DNA of 62,448 bases, counting the filler, from Basidioascus undulatus (Eukaryota), in the NCBI GenBank assembly GCA_000826855.1. It is 12 parts of 12 records of this genome, joined end to end, with 100 filler letters (N's around TTAATTAATTAA, not from the genome) between each part and the next. Parts side by side here need not be neighbours in the genome. Positions count along the whole stretch, not along the records: positions 34,837 to 38,221 come from JTLS01002436.1; positions 38,322 to 41,701 come from JTLS01002437.1; positions 41,802 to 45,178 come from JTLS01002438.1; positions 45,279 to 48,641 come from JTLS01002439.1; 8 more parts are not named here. The stretch is one strand, 5' to 3'. The first letter of the stretch is position 1; the number at the start of each line of letters is the position of its first letter. Under the pieces are notes generated by a model. It did not search any database and was not told where the DNA came from. It worked only from the letters and a program-made list of their open reading frames with translations. Made by a program: the position numbers and the translations under genes. Shown here piece by piece: positions 36,510 to 48,741 of the stretch.

Positions 36510-38221
36510 ATGCTGTTTCGCTCCTTGCTCGCTCACCGCATCACCGCGCCCACTCCTCACATTCACTCGCCCTTCCTCCGCCGCCTCAGCGCCATGTCCG
36601 CTCGCCCTGCCCCCCCGCGAATCTTCGACCCACCTCCGGTACGCGGCAAGCTCGCACTCGACAAGATCGACCGCGGCGCCTTCCAGCGCTCCGTTCCCAT
36701 CCTCGCTGCTAAAATTCCTGCCGCTGAATCTACCAAGTTTATGCGGGCGCCCGAAATGCGCAGGTGCGTTCGGAGGGCGCCGCAGGGCAGGCTTGGTTGA
36801 CGGACGCGCTGAAGGAGCTGACGGCCGCGGGGACTTCACAGTGCAATCCTGAACGCGGCCAAGGTCCGCGTTGTCGAGCCTGTGGAGGCTGAGCCGGATA
36901 GGCGGCTGCTATTGCTCCAGGCAGATACAGAGGGTGCGTCAGTTGCGCTTGTCCGACTGTCGGGGTGGTCTCGCGTGGCTCAAGTCCTGTTCCCGAGCAG
37001 CGGAAATTCCCTCTGAAGCCCTCACCTTCCTCCGCGAAAACGGCGCCTCCATCGTGCCCTTCGCGGTCCAGCTCGACTACACCTACTGGAACGCGGAGGA
37101 AATCCTCAAGGCGATCCTACCCGAGGAGGCGCTCGACGGCCTGCCTACCAGTTTCGCACAGACGGGGCATCTTGGTCAGTCCCGCTTTCACTGCTGTCAG
37201 GGAGTGGGAGTGGAAGGACTGCTGGAAGGGATCGGGAGGTGGTGGAAAAGGGTTGGACGGGCAACGGGTTTCAGATCTCATCGCTGTATTGTGCGCTCAT
37301 GGATGCTGCTCCTCACTTTGCCTTGGCCGGGACCTGCCCGGCGCAACCAGCCGAACACCCTCTGTGCATCTCTGCGACACGCCACACATCAGAACTGTTT
37401 GAGAACGTCTATTGACAACGCACCTTCGCCTCCCACAGCGCACTTCAACCTCCGCCAAGCCTACCTCCCCTACAAGCACTTGATCGGACAAGTCGTCCTG
37501 GATGTTGGTCTTGCCCTCACAATCGCACTCGCTCGCCTCTGCTCACTGCATGACTGGAGGGCCTTGCAGAAGAACCCCCGCCTCCGCACGGTCGTCAACA
37601 AGCTCGACACGATCGACACCGAGTTCCGCTTCTTCGCGATGGAGGTGCTCGCGGGCGAGCCCGACTTCGTAGTGACCACCGTAAGTGAGCCCTTCCGTTC
37701 TGCTCCCCCTTTATCCTTCCCCCACCCCCCCCTTTGACTGACCGGCGGCGTGTGGCAGACCGAGTCCAACTGCAAGTTCACCTTCGACTTCTCCAAAGTG
37801 TACTGGAACAGCCGGCTGTCGACAGAGCACACGCGCCTCGTCGACGCATTCCAGCCGGGGGAGGTCATTGCGGACGTGATGGCTGGCGTCGGGCCGTTCG
37901 CCGTTCCCGCGGGGAAGAAGGGGTGCCTCGTCCTCGCGAACGACCTGAACCCGGAGAGCTACAGGTGGATGAAGGAGAACATCGAGGCGAACAAGGTGCG
38001 CGCGCTCAATCGCTGTCTCTCCACTCTATCCTGGGTTTGTTCAAGACCGACTGAACGGGGAATGTGGACAGGTCCAAGACGCTGTTCGCCCATTCAACAT
38101 TGACGGACGCGAATTCATCCGCACCGCCTTGTCCGAAATTAAGTCCCACCCCTTCCCGCCCCTGCCCCCGCGCGTGACCCAGAAAGAGCGGCGCGAGCTT
38201 CGACGGCAGCGCGACGTCGGC
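36510..38221 (+). CDS. TRM5: tRNA (guanine37-N1)-methyltransferase, 3'-truncated
   Basis: [99 protein letters not shown]. Confidence 0.95.
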
Positions 38222-38321
38222 NNNNNNNNNNNNNNNNNNNNNNNNNNNNNNNNNNNNNNNNNNNNTTAATTAATTAANNNNNNNNNNNNNNNNNNNNNNN
38301 NNNNNNNNNNNNNNNNNNNNN

Positions 38322-39824
38322 ACCTCGAGCCCCCGCCGCACATCGACCAGCGCGGGCTCCCCCCCATCGTCCGCCCGCAGCGCTCCCTCGCGCGCCGCGC
38401 CCTCGCCGCCGCGCCGTGGTGGGCGTGGGCGGTCCTGGGTCTGGTCGTCCTCTACTGGGGCGCGCGGGTGTGGGATAGCATCCGGATTAAGGCGCGCGAG
38501 CGGGCGTTCAGGCTGTGCGTTGCGATTGCTTTCTGGACGGAGATGAGATGGCTGATGGGGTGGGGGAATAGTGAGCAGAGACGGAGACATGGGATCCCTG
38601 ATAGTGATCGACGGCCGTTCAAGGATGCGCTCGTGGATGCTAATGCTAGGAGGCGCGCGAAGGAGGCGGAGCGGGCGAGGATCGAGGAGCGCGAGCGCGC
38701 GGAGCGCAGAGAGGCGGACGGGCAGTGGAGGACGCTGGGACGGTCGACGGGTTGGGACGGTGCGTTTGCTCTTCCTCTCCCACTCCTCTTCTTCCTCCTC
38801 TTCTGTTTCTGTTCTTGGATGTGTGTGAGGTGAATGCGTGCTGACAGTGAGAACCCGGTCCACCACAGCCCGCCCCGCCTCTATCGCAAGCAACATCCAG
38901 TACCTGTCCGTGCCCGCGCAGCACGTCGCGCCCAGCCCATACAGCCCCGCGGACAAGGCGTCCTTCACGACGCAGTCGTACGCACCGCCTTCCCGCCGCA
39001 CCTCTCTCTCCGTTCCCGACTTCCGGCGCTCGTCCCTGTGCGTCACCCGTCCCTCCCATTTCCTCTCTTCCATCTACCTTGCCCCTCCCCTTCCCTCCTC
39101 TTCTTCACTGACCCTCACCCGCGCACAGCTCCCCCGTCCCCCCCGGCGCCCTGCAACACCGTCGCTCGCCCTCCCTCCTCTCCGTCCCCGCGCGCCACTC
39201 GCGCTCCCCCTCCGTCGCGTCCCGGCGGTCCAGCCACGGGGGGCACGGCACGCGGAAGCGCCTGTTCTTGACGGAGGAGGAGGAGCGCGATGCGGTGCGC
39301 GAGGAGGACGAGCGCATGCCGAGCGGGAAAAAGGTCCGCCGGATGGGGGGCGCGCGGGATGGGGACCAGGAGGCGAGGTGGGCGCCGCAGAGGGTGCGTT
39401 AATGCTGCTCTTCTCACGCTTTTTCGAGTAAGCTGATGTGGACTTTGTGCGTGGGGAACAGCACTCCTCCCAAAAGTCCACCACCCGCACCCGCAAGCGC
39501 TCCCCCTCCTCCGTCTCCCTCTCCGATTCGTCGCGCCCCAAGCGTGCGCGGCAGCACCAGCTCCAGCGGGAGGCGAGCACGTCCGCGACCTCGGACGAGG
39601 AGATGGCAGAGGAGCCCACGCCCGCGGCGCGCGGGTGGAAGCGCGAGGCCTCCCCGGAGGACGAGGAAGAGGAGGGTGGGAGGGACCACAAGCGGCGGAC
39701 GCGGAAGCGGAACCGGAGTGTTTCGGAAGGGGGAAGCGAGGAGGAGGAGAGCGAGCGTTGCGCCCAGGGAGGCGATCGTGACGGCGTCAATCACCGGCGG
39801 GCCCGGGGGCGAGGAGGAGGTTGA
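38322..39824 (+). CDS. Hypothetical multi-exon protein, 5'-truncated, with charged low-complexity C-terminus
   Basis: GC3-rich exons separated by GTGCGT introns (e.g. RRRHGIPDSDRRPFKDAL). No family recognised; exon structure and stop uncertain. Confidence 0.45.
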
Positions 39825-40506
39825 GAGGGTCATGAATTTGATCGAGGACCGAAAGAGAACAAAATTGAGGTGGGTTAGTAACTTATTGCGAGGGGTTGAA
39901 AGCGAGTGGGTGAGTAGTAGTGCACGCAGAGACTAGGAAAACGGTCGAAGTGAAAGAAGGGGCGCGTGCGCTGCCGCGGCGAAGTGCGTCCGCTGCGACC
40001 AACTGCGACTGGATTGTCAGCGAGCTGCAGATATCACTGCTTGCCACATTCACTTCTTGCTCACCCATCCAGTCCCTAAAGGCACAGATAAGAAAGCAAT
40101 CTGAGCGTTTTCTAACATTTCAGTATCTGCCTCGGACGGGTTTGGACAAGGACCATCTCTCAGCCATCCTCTGACCAGCCTCCTTATCCTCCAACCCTCC
40201 CTTGCACAAAACGTCGTCTCTTTCAGCCTTTGATTCCACGCGGCAAGCACGCACAAACCCCAAACATCAAGCGAAGCCCATGAAAACCTATTGTAGCAGT
40301 GTCCATCTCATGCGCTTGCTCTCACAAAAAAGAAAAGGAAAAAAAAAGGAAAAGCTTCGAAAATAATGCACATCGAATGTGATTGGTAGGTCGTCTTCGT
40401 TTGCAGGGGTCGTCGGGTGTGGTCACTATTGGGAGGGTCGTCGGTTCGGGTTGGTGTGGTACCCGGAGAGGAGGGGATGGAATGCGGGAGGTAGAGGGAG
40501 GGGAGT

Positions 40507-41701
40507 CTAGAGGACAGTGTACCCGCCGTCTTTATTCCCACACACGCCAGACCGTCAGCCTGGGTAAACGAGAGAAAGAGGGCAGGATGGGAGGAAAGGA
40601 GAAACGGACCGATGAGGATGTCCGTGCCGGTGACGAAGCTGCTCGCGGCCGAGAGGAGCCAGACTGCCGCGCCGTTCTGTTGTTCCGTCCCATCCCACCA
40701 TCACGCCCCCACAATATCAGCCATCCTCGCTCTTCCCACAAGGGCCGCTTCTCATACGTACCAAGTCCGTCACATGCCCCATCCGGCCCATCGGGGTGCG
40801 CTCGTCTGCAACCGCATCACGCTCGTCGGCCCACGCAAAGGGGGAGGAGAGGAGAGGAGGAAGAAAGAGACATACACCACGTCTTCTTGAGGTGCGGGTC
40901 GAACTTGTCCGTCAGGGCGGTGTTCATGTACCCTGGGGAGATGGAGTTCACCCGGATCTGTTCCGTTCCCCAAAGCGTCAGCGTCGGGTCCACAGTCGGT
41001 GCGAGAAGAAGAGAGGAAGGGGGGCAAGAAAGGGGGAGGGAGATGCTTGGAACAGGGGGGAAGCGACCCACGTTGTGCGGTGCCCACTCCGCCGCGAGGG
41101 ACTTCATGAGGTGGATGACAGCCGCCTTGCTCGCGTTGTATGCGCACTGCCCACCATCCCACATTCCCAAATCAGCCTCAAACCACAACCTGTACACGAG
41201 AAAAGAGACGGGCGACTGACCTGAGGCTGCGGGTAGTTAACAATGGAGCCGCTCATGGAGCCGATGAAGACGACCGAGCCCGGCCGCTTGGTCGCGATGA
41301 GGTGGTTCCCCACGGCCTGTGCGACAAAGAACGTCCCGTTCAGGTTGATGTCCATCACGCGCTTGAACCGGTCTGCGGGGTAGTCCTCCGCGGCGATCTG
41401 GCTCAGCGTACTCCAGTCAGCCCCGGGGGTCGAAAGATTGCAGGAAAGAAAGGGAGGGAACGCACGTTGTCGCACACCCCCGCGCTCGTCAGCAAGAGAT
41501 CGATGCCGCCGTAGTCGCGGACGACGCCGTCCACGGCGGCCTGGACGCCCTTGTGGTCGCGGACGTCGAGCTGGTAGAAGGACGCGCTGAGGTTGGGGAA
41601 GGACTCGTGCAGCTCCTTGACGGCGCTGTCGCCCCACTCGGTGAGGATGTCGAAGATCGCCAGGTGCGCGAGGTTCGCTTCGCAGAGGGCACTGGGGGAG
41701 A
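40507..41701 (-). CDS. Short-chain dehydrogenase/reductase (D-arabinitol 2-dehydrogenase / sorbose reductase-like), 5'-truncated
   Basis: IGSMSGSIVNYPQPQ|CAYNASKAAV (YxxxK), IRVNSISPGYMNT, TPMGRMG and SSFVTGTDILI..DGGYTVL-TAG. Confidence 0.92.
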
Positions 41702-44188
41702 NNNNNNNNNNNNNNNNNNNNNNNNNNNNNNNNNNNNNNNNNNNNTTAATTAATTAANNNNNNNNNNNNNNNNNNNNNNNNNNNNNNNNNNNNNNNNNNN
41801 NGACGTCCCCGCGCGCCGAGTTGGATGCGGTGGAGGGGGCGGGAGGGGAGGAGAGAGAAGGAGTGCGACTGCTTCAGGGCGGGTTTGGGCTTGAGCGGAG
41901 GGACGGAGGAGGGGCGTGCGATGGGCGAGGAGGGGGAGGAGAAGAGGGTCAGGCCCCGCTTGCGAGGGTGCGGCGCTGAGGAGGAGGAGGGCATCCTCCG
42001 AGCTCGAAGATGAGGATAAGGTGAGTGAGATGGAGGTGGGTGGCAGAAGGTTAGTCTCTGCTACTCCTGCTGCGCTCCTAGCTCGTACACCGCACCCGAG
42101 CGAGTTGATAAACGATCCCACACGGCCCACACGCCGGCCGGACGGCTCGCAGTGGGAGGCTTCAGCCTTCAACGTGCACGTTGGCGGATCGCTCGGGGGC
42201 CTGAGCGAGTGTGTTGCCCGGCAAGCGTGAAGAGTGAAAGAAGACGCAAGTCAGAGGATGAGGGAGGAAAAGGGCATGCTTGAGACACGTGGAGGCTGAA
42301 CGGGCTGGAAGAGAGAAAGGGTAGGAAAGGGAAGAGGGGGAGGACGAATGGGAAGATGAGCGAGGCGAGGGGCCAACGGCATGTTGAAAGGCGTTCGCCG
42401 TTAGCTGTGCGAGGTCCGGCTCCGTGGCTGTTTTGGAGCGAATGGGGTGGGGGGCTTAACAAATGAGAAGGCTCCTGTTTGGCCTGCGTTGTTTTCCTTT
42501 GGATTGAAAGGTCCGTTTGATGAGGTGGCCGTGAGAAGGAGGGGAGGTTACAGTATGATGAGAGACGGAGAAGGCGATGTACGCCGGTGTAGAAAATTGT
42601 CCCCGCTCGGAACCACTCCCTCATGAGCAAGCCATGGGCTGAGCACCGGAAATACCTCTGGGACCTATTATGTAAACATTCTTCCGGCATCGGCGAGAGA
42701 CAGATGCGGAGCTGCGAGCGGAGTGCATATCGCTCGGCCCGTTGGGGAGGTACCGAGCTGTATTCACTCGAACAGCTTCCTGGAAGCCAGCCAGTCAGGT
42801 CCAGCAGTACATGCCGCACCACAGTGTTCAGTTGGAAGGGTCCATTTCTGCTTCCAGAGGCGGAGATGCTACCTCAAGGGCGTGATAGGCTGGGGGCATG
42901 CTTAAAGGGCAGGAGAAAGAGCAGGCTGTGAAAGCAAACCGAGCCGAACATCGGGTTCAGGCCACTTACTTCTCTTTTCCAATGGAATCAGAGTTTCTTG
43001 ATTGAAGGAATAAAATCCCATCACAGCGAGAAAATGTACGACCTGGGCTCGCGGTTGGGCAGCAGGCCGCATCCTGGCGAAAGAGCGCCGGGGGTTTAAG
43101 GCTGGCCGTGCAGCAGAGTGCATCATGATGTCCGTGTCTAGAGTCAGCGACCAGCCCTTTGGGGTCTTTACTGGTTTTGATTGCTTCTGATGGTGGTAGT
43201 AAGTTTCGTATCTGGGCACTGATCGCTTGCATACGGTGGGTGGGCACTGCAAGACCGCATTCTGTGAATAAAGCTGTTCATGGACACCACCTCTCTGTAC
43301 GATTCGGGAAGAATCGAAGCTATGCTGAGATCCCAGTGTTAACTTTAGATACGTACGTTCAGCTCTCAGATTTGCCCTCCAAAGTGGACATGTCTGAAAA
43401 TCTTGTGTAGGCGCTGTGGCAGCAGTTGAGCACCGCCTCTCGACCGACTTCAGTCTGACTGGTAGAACGGTTCGTTTTCACGACACAGAATCAACCCCGT
43501 GCTCTTGTATTGCCCACGGAGCAGGAGCGACTTGCGAAAGTGACAAGGGAGAAGGAAAAAAGAAGAGCGAGTTGTGGAAAGTGTCCCAACCAGGTGTCAA
43601 GTGATCGACGCCCATGTCAACGTTCGACAGTCATTCTGTCACCACCGCCTCACGCTCATGCCCATCCACATTCCTTCCACTCAAACTCCCAACTCTCCAC
43701 CTCCCATTTCTTATCTTCCCCACCCACCATCCCCAATGCCCGCATAGCAACATCCTTTCCCTCTCCCACCCACGAGCCACCGAACGCGCGGAACGGACAG
43801 GCTGCAAACGACCGGACCTTCAACGCGTGCGCCTCCCCCGTCATAGACGCCTCATCTATCCCTGCGCTCACCGCCCCTCGCCCGCTACATATATTCCTGG
43901 CCGCCCGCGCCTGCACGCGTTGCGTCTGGCTCCAGCCGCGTCCTCCTCCTCCTTGCCTCCCACCACCACCACCACCACCCATCCCCGCACCATCCACTCG
44001 CGCCCGCCCTACCACCCCGCACAACGAGGGCCCAGATTAGGCCTTATCGAGCAGTCTGTGCACCCGCGTAGCCCAACGGCCCGAGCCGCACGTGCAATCC
44101 GCACTCCCAGCAGTCCTTTCTCCTTCCCTCCTTCCTTCTGTCCCCCAGCTTCATCAACATCCCATCCTCTCGCTGAGAGTGAACAACG

Positions 44189-45178
44189 ATGGACAACCTC
44201 AGGCGCGCCCTGCACATCCCGGACCACGCACTCTTCGCAATCCACCTGCAGATCCACGACCTAACGCAGGTCCCGCTCCTCTCGGGCGCGTTCGCCTGCC
44301 GCTGGCGCTTCAAGCACGCGCACCACTCGCACCCTGCCTCCTCCACCTCCCAGCAGCACGCGGACCAGGCGCGCGGGGAGACGGCCTCGGTCGGGCTGCG
44401 CGAGCACACAGCCAAATGGGAGGAGGACGTGAGGTGCGAGGTGAGAGTGCCGGTAGACCAGCGGTCGAGGATCCTGGGGGAGGCGGGGCTCAAGATTGTG
44501 GTGTTGCAGGTGCGCTTATCTCTCCTTCCCCTCCTTCCCTCCTTCCCTTCTCCCTTCTCCCTTCTCCCCCTCTTCCTCCACCAAGAGTTGCTGAGGCGGG
44601 AGGGAACTGCAGCGCCTAAGCGGCCACAGCCACACGACCCTCGGAAACGTCCACCTCAACCTCGCAGAGTACGCCTCCGAGCCGGGGCCCGTGTCTCGGC
44701 GTTACCTCCTGCGCGACTCGAAGTCAAACGCGACGCTCGGGGTGCGCGCTCTCTCTCCCTCTTTTCCCTTTGGGCGCGCAGGCTGACGGAGGCGCCAGCT
44801 GACGATCGAGTGCACGCATGTGGGCGGGACGGAGGACTATATCGCGTGCGTCTGTTTCCCGTGATTCCTGCAATGGGGGGCGGACGGGAAGCTTAGGTTG
44901 GACGGGGCGCGCAGACCACGGCTCCAGCGCGGGCAGGTGAAAGCTACCATCTCCGGGCTGATCGACGACCACGACTATGCGAGTGCGTCTTTCCCCTTCC
45001 CCTTCCTCCTTCTTCTCCCCATATTCTCCCCATCCCCCTCCTCCCCACTAATCCCGGCCCTCCGCTGCAGGCCGCCGCCGCGCCGACTCGCACCACAGCA
45101 CCTCGACCTCCTCCTCCGCCTCGACGTCCGCGCGCTCCTCTTCCCCTCGCGCTCCTCCTCCTCCTCCCTCTCCAGATC
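44189..45178 (+). CDS. NT-C2 (EEIG1/EHBP1 N-terminal C2) domain protein, 3'-truncated
   Basis: IHDLTQVPLLSG..CRWRF, HTAKWE, LGNVHLNLAEYA and RRYLLRDSKSNATL. Confidence 0.85.
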
Positions 45179-45278
45179 NNNNNNNNNNNNNNNNNNNNNN
45201 NNNNNNNNNNNNNNNNNNNNNNTTAATTAATTAANNNNNNNNNNNNNNNNNNNNNNNNNNNNNNNNNNNNNNNNNNNN

Positions 45279-45381
45279 GGGAAGGCTGGGACTGGGACGG
45301 CTGGGTCGCGGGTTGGGACGGCTGCGAGTCGGATTGTTGGGAGCGCAGGGAAGGCGCGGGCCGGATGGGGGGAGTCGCCAT
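45279..45381 (-). CDS. Possible N-terminus of an SQ/TQ-cluster protein, cut by contig end
   Basis: ATG at 45381 opens MATPPIRPAPSLRSQQSDSQPSQPATQPSQSQPS; only 34 codons are visible. Confidence 0.4.
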
Positions 45382-46750
45382 AATAGGAAGATGCGCTGGG
45401 AGGGTGAAAGAGGGTCAGGAGGGGGAGGGCATCGTGGGGGTGAGGGGAGGAGGACGAGCAAGGGTGAGGCAAAGAAGTCAGGAGGCAAGAGGCTCGAGAG
45501 CACCCACCGGGCTCGCGTGCGACACGCGTTTGATATCAGTCGCGTTGGAGCAAATGACACCTGCAGCCCTGCTGCGTAGGGCAGGCTCGCTGGGCATTTC
45601 CTGTGCCAATAGATGGACCGGCTCTCTTGAAGTAGGCTCTCGGAGCAAGAACAACATTCCAAAACTACACCCTGGGAGCTAACAACATTATCAGGCCGAC
45701 CTTTAACGCTCAGTGCAAGCCCACTCCGGCGCCCTTCCGGGGTCTTGTCGTCCGTGCCCGTCAGTGCACCACTGAATTGGGGAGGTCACAGTACCTAGTT
45801 GAAAAAGGTAAGCATGAGGAGTGAAAATGAGAAGGCCTTCTTTGCTGTCGTTGGGCTGGAATATAACTCACCCCCGCCGGCTGGAGCAGATACCTTCTCG
45901 GCTCATACATACAAATCATCTTGTGCATTTCAAACAAACCAGAGAGCCACGATGGAATTAGAAACCCAAGCAGTTCCAAGCAAGGTATTCAAATTGCACT
46001 TCCTGAGTCAACGCGCCAACTGAACACACTAGTGCAGGAGACTCTGCGTGGAAACGACGTGCGTGTGGTGGTGGCACTTTGCACAGGGAGACCTGCTCAA
46101 GGGTCATTAGACACTCTCCTGGCCAAGAATTACAGTAGAATACAACTTATGGTCCTGGGCTGCTCCTTACTGCAAGGCAGCCACAGGGCTTTGAGGTTGA
46201 AGCTCCCATATTGTTCAGCCTACCAGATCGCGTTGAAGGATTTGCAGTCCTGGCTCGCCGTTCCCGACATCAACAAGGCTGGTCATCAATTTCGGTGTTC
46301 AGGTCGAAATATGAAACATTAACACTTTTTGTACTCGACCCCCAATAATTCAACTCTCTGCAATGTGTTTCGACGTATGTTTGCTGATGGGAAGAGGCTG
46401 AAGACACAACACAAGCGCGTTCTGCTGCTCGACCGTCCTTCGCATGCGTTCCTACGCAGTGGACAGTCGGCTCGACTGCATTCAGGACCTTGTTTTGTGG
46501 ACCGCGGCCTTCAACGAATGCTCTTAACGACCTGAAAGTGTGTGTCACAGTAGTGTACACATCCAGTCAACATTTTCAGCTGAAGATTGGCATTTCGCTC
46601 ACGTGACGGGCCGATCGGCTTGAGCGTCATTTATCCCAACTGACGCACTTCGCGTTTCTTGACAACCCGCTCGTCCTTCCTATTTCTGCACCTTGTCTTC
46701 CTCCTTCCTTCACCAACCTCAACACCTCCTCCCAACAGCAACCGCTCCCA

Positions 46751-48641
46751 ATGGCCCGACCATTGCGCCCCGGCACGCTCGCCGCGCTGCACCTCGCGCT
46801 CCGCAGCGCCCTCGCGTCCCCGCTCCGATCGTTCGCCGAGCTTCCCGGCACGAGCGCCGAGCCCGAGACGCCCCCGAGCAGCCCCATGTTCGTCTGGAAG
46901 CTCATCGTCTCCGTCGTGCTCGTCCTCATCGGCGGGCTCTTCGCCGGGTGCGTCGTCCTTCCCCCGCTTCCCCGTTCTGGGAGAGCGCGGAAGCTGATGC
47001 GGGGTGGGTGGTGGGCAGGTTGACGCTTGGGATCCTGTCACTGGACGAGCTCAACTTGAAGGTCCTCGCGTCCTCCGCGGACACGGAGAAGGAGCGCAAG
47101 GACGCGAGCAAGCTGATGAAGCTGCTCAAGCGCGGGAGGCACTGGGTCGGTCGTCCTCCCCCCTCCCCCCGCCCTCTGTGTTTCCCAGGCCCCTCGAGAA
47201 CTCATGCGATGCGCGCGAGCACAGGTGCTCTGCGTGCTCCTGCTCTCTAATGTGGTTGTGAACGGTGCGTACGCGTTTGGGGGAGACGGCTGAGCAAGGA
47301 GGGTCGCTGAATGGAGGCGGGAATAGAGGCACTCCCCATCTTCCTCGACTCCATTTTGGGCGGAGGCGTGGTACGTGCCATCTCATACCTCCCAACTACT
47401 CTAACCAGCTTGCTTATTCTCGGTGTCCGGATAACAGGCCGCAGTCCTCCTAGCCACCGCAGCAATCTTTATCTTCGGCGAGTACGGCCCTCGCACTCCT
47501 ACCTTCCCGCCACCTCTCCTCTCTCCTCCCCCCGAAGCTGAACCCCCTCCCAACTCGCAGGATAATCCCCCAATCCGTCTGCGCGCGCTACGGACTCGCA
47601 ATCGGGAGGTACGCACTTTCGCCCTTTACCGTTCCCCTTCTTTCTTCCCTTCCATTACCACCCGCTTACACGCACGCTCGCATAGCTTCTTCGCCCCCCT
47701 CGTCCTCGCGCTCATGTACCTCACGGCGCCCATCACATGGCCCTTGGCGAAGGTGCCTTCTCTCCTCCCGTCCCTCTTTCCCCTTTTTCCCTTTGCTCCT
47801 CCCATCCACCTCTCCCAAGTTCCCGACCTCATCCAAGCGTGGGCGAAACAGATGCTCGACTGGCTGCTGGGCGGGGAGCACGACACTACTTGTTTGTCCA
47901 CTTCCCCTCGTCCTTCTCTCCGTGCGCGCTCTGACTGTGCTTTCAAAACGAAATGCTTTGCGGAACAGACAAGAAAGCCGAGCTCAAGTCGTTCCTCTCT
48001 CTGCACCGACACGGTGTCGAGCCTTTGCACGACGACGAGGTGCATCCACCTCCCCTCCTTCTCCCCGCTTTTTTTTTTATCTCTGCTCCGACTGATTGCG
48101 TCTGGCGACCCCGCAGATCACCATCATGGAAGCCGTCCTCTCGCTGAACGAGAAGCGCGTCGTGGAGATCATGACTCCGATCGAGGATGTCGTGCGTCTC
48201 ACGTCTTCCCTTCTTCCCTCTTCCCTTCTTCCCTCTTCCCTTCTTCCCTCTTCCCTTCTTCCCTCTTCCCTTCTTCCCTCTTCCTCTTCCATCTTCCCTC
48301 CTTCCCCTCTTCCCTTCTTCTCCTCTTCCCTTTTCCCTCTTCCCTCTTCCCTTATTGCCTCTTCCTTCTCCCCCTCTTCTGCTCTTCGCTTGTCGCGGGA
48401 TACTGATGAGAGGAATGCGGGATGAATGGATGGAAATCAGTTTACGCTCTCCGCTGACCAGATCCTGGACGAGGAGACGATCGAGAAGATCACGCACAAT
48501 GGGTACTCGCGCATCCCCATTTACACCCCGGGGAGGCCGAATCGGTTCGAGGGGATGGTGAGTCGGCTTGGTCCGAGGACAGCTTGTCGAGATAGAGCGA
48601 GTTGGGAGGCGAAAACTGCGTCCTGCTCCCATCCGTGTCGC
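46751..48641 (+). CDS. MAM3: CNNM/DUF21 plus CBS metal-homeostasis membrane protein (Mam3-like), 3'-truncated
   Basis: LVLIGGLFAG|LTLG, RHW|VLCVLLLSNVVVN|EALPIFLD, IFGEIIPQSVCARYGLAIG, YKKAELK, IMTPIEDV and GYSRIPIY. Confidence 0.92.
48204..48278. repeat. Five perfect copies of TCTTCCCTTCTTCCC inside an intron
   Basis: Directly visible; continues as a degenerate polypyrimidine tract to about 48390. Confidence 0.92.
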
Positions 48642-48741
48642 NNNNNNNNNNNNNNNNNNNNNNNNNNNNNNNNNNNNNNNNNNNNTTAATTAATTAANNN
48701 NNNNNNNNNNNNNNNNNNNNNNNNNNNNNNNNNNNNNNNNN

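Noticed and set aside
37175..37438. Third distant-branch-point intron (TRM5 long intron)
   Set aside because: Contains many AG dinucleotides and a TTGAC branch-like motif close to the acceptor.
41802..41994. Ser/Pro-rich N-terminus at a contig end (minus strand)
   Set aside because: Plausible gene start but too short and low-complexity to support.
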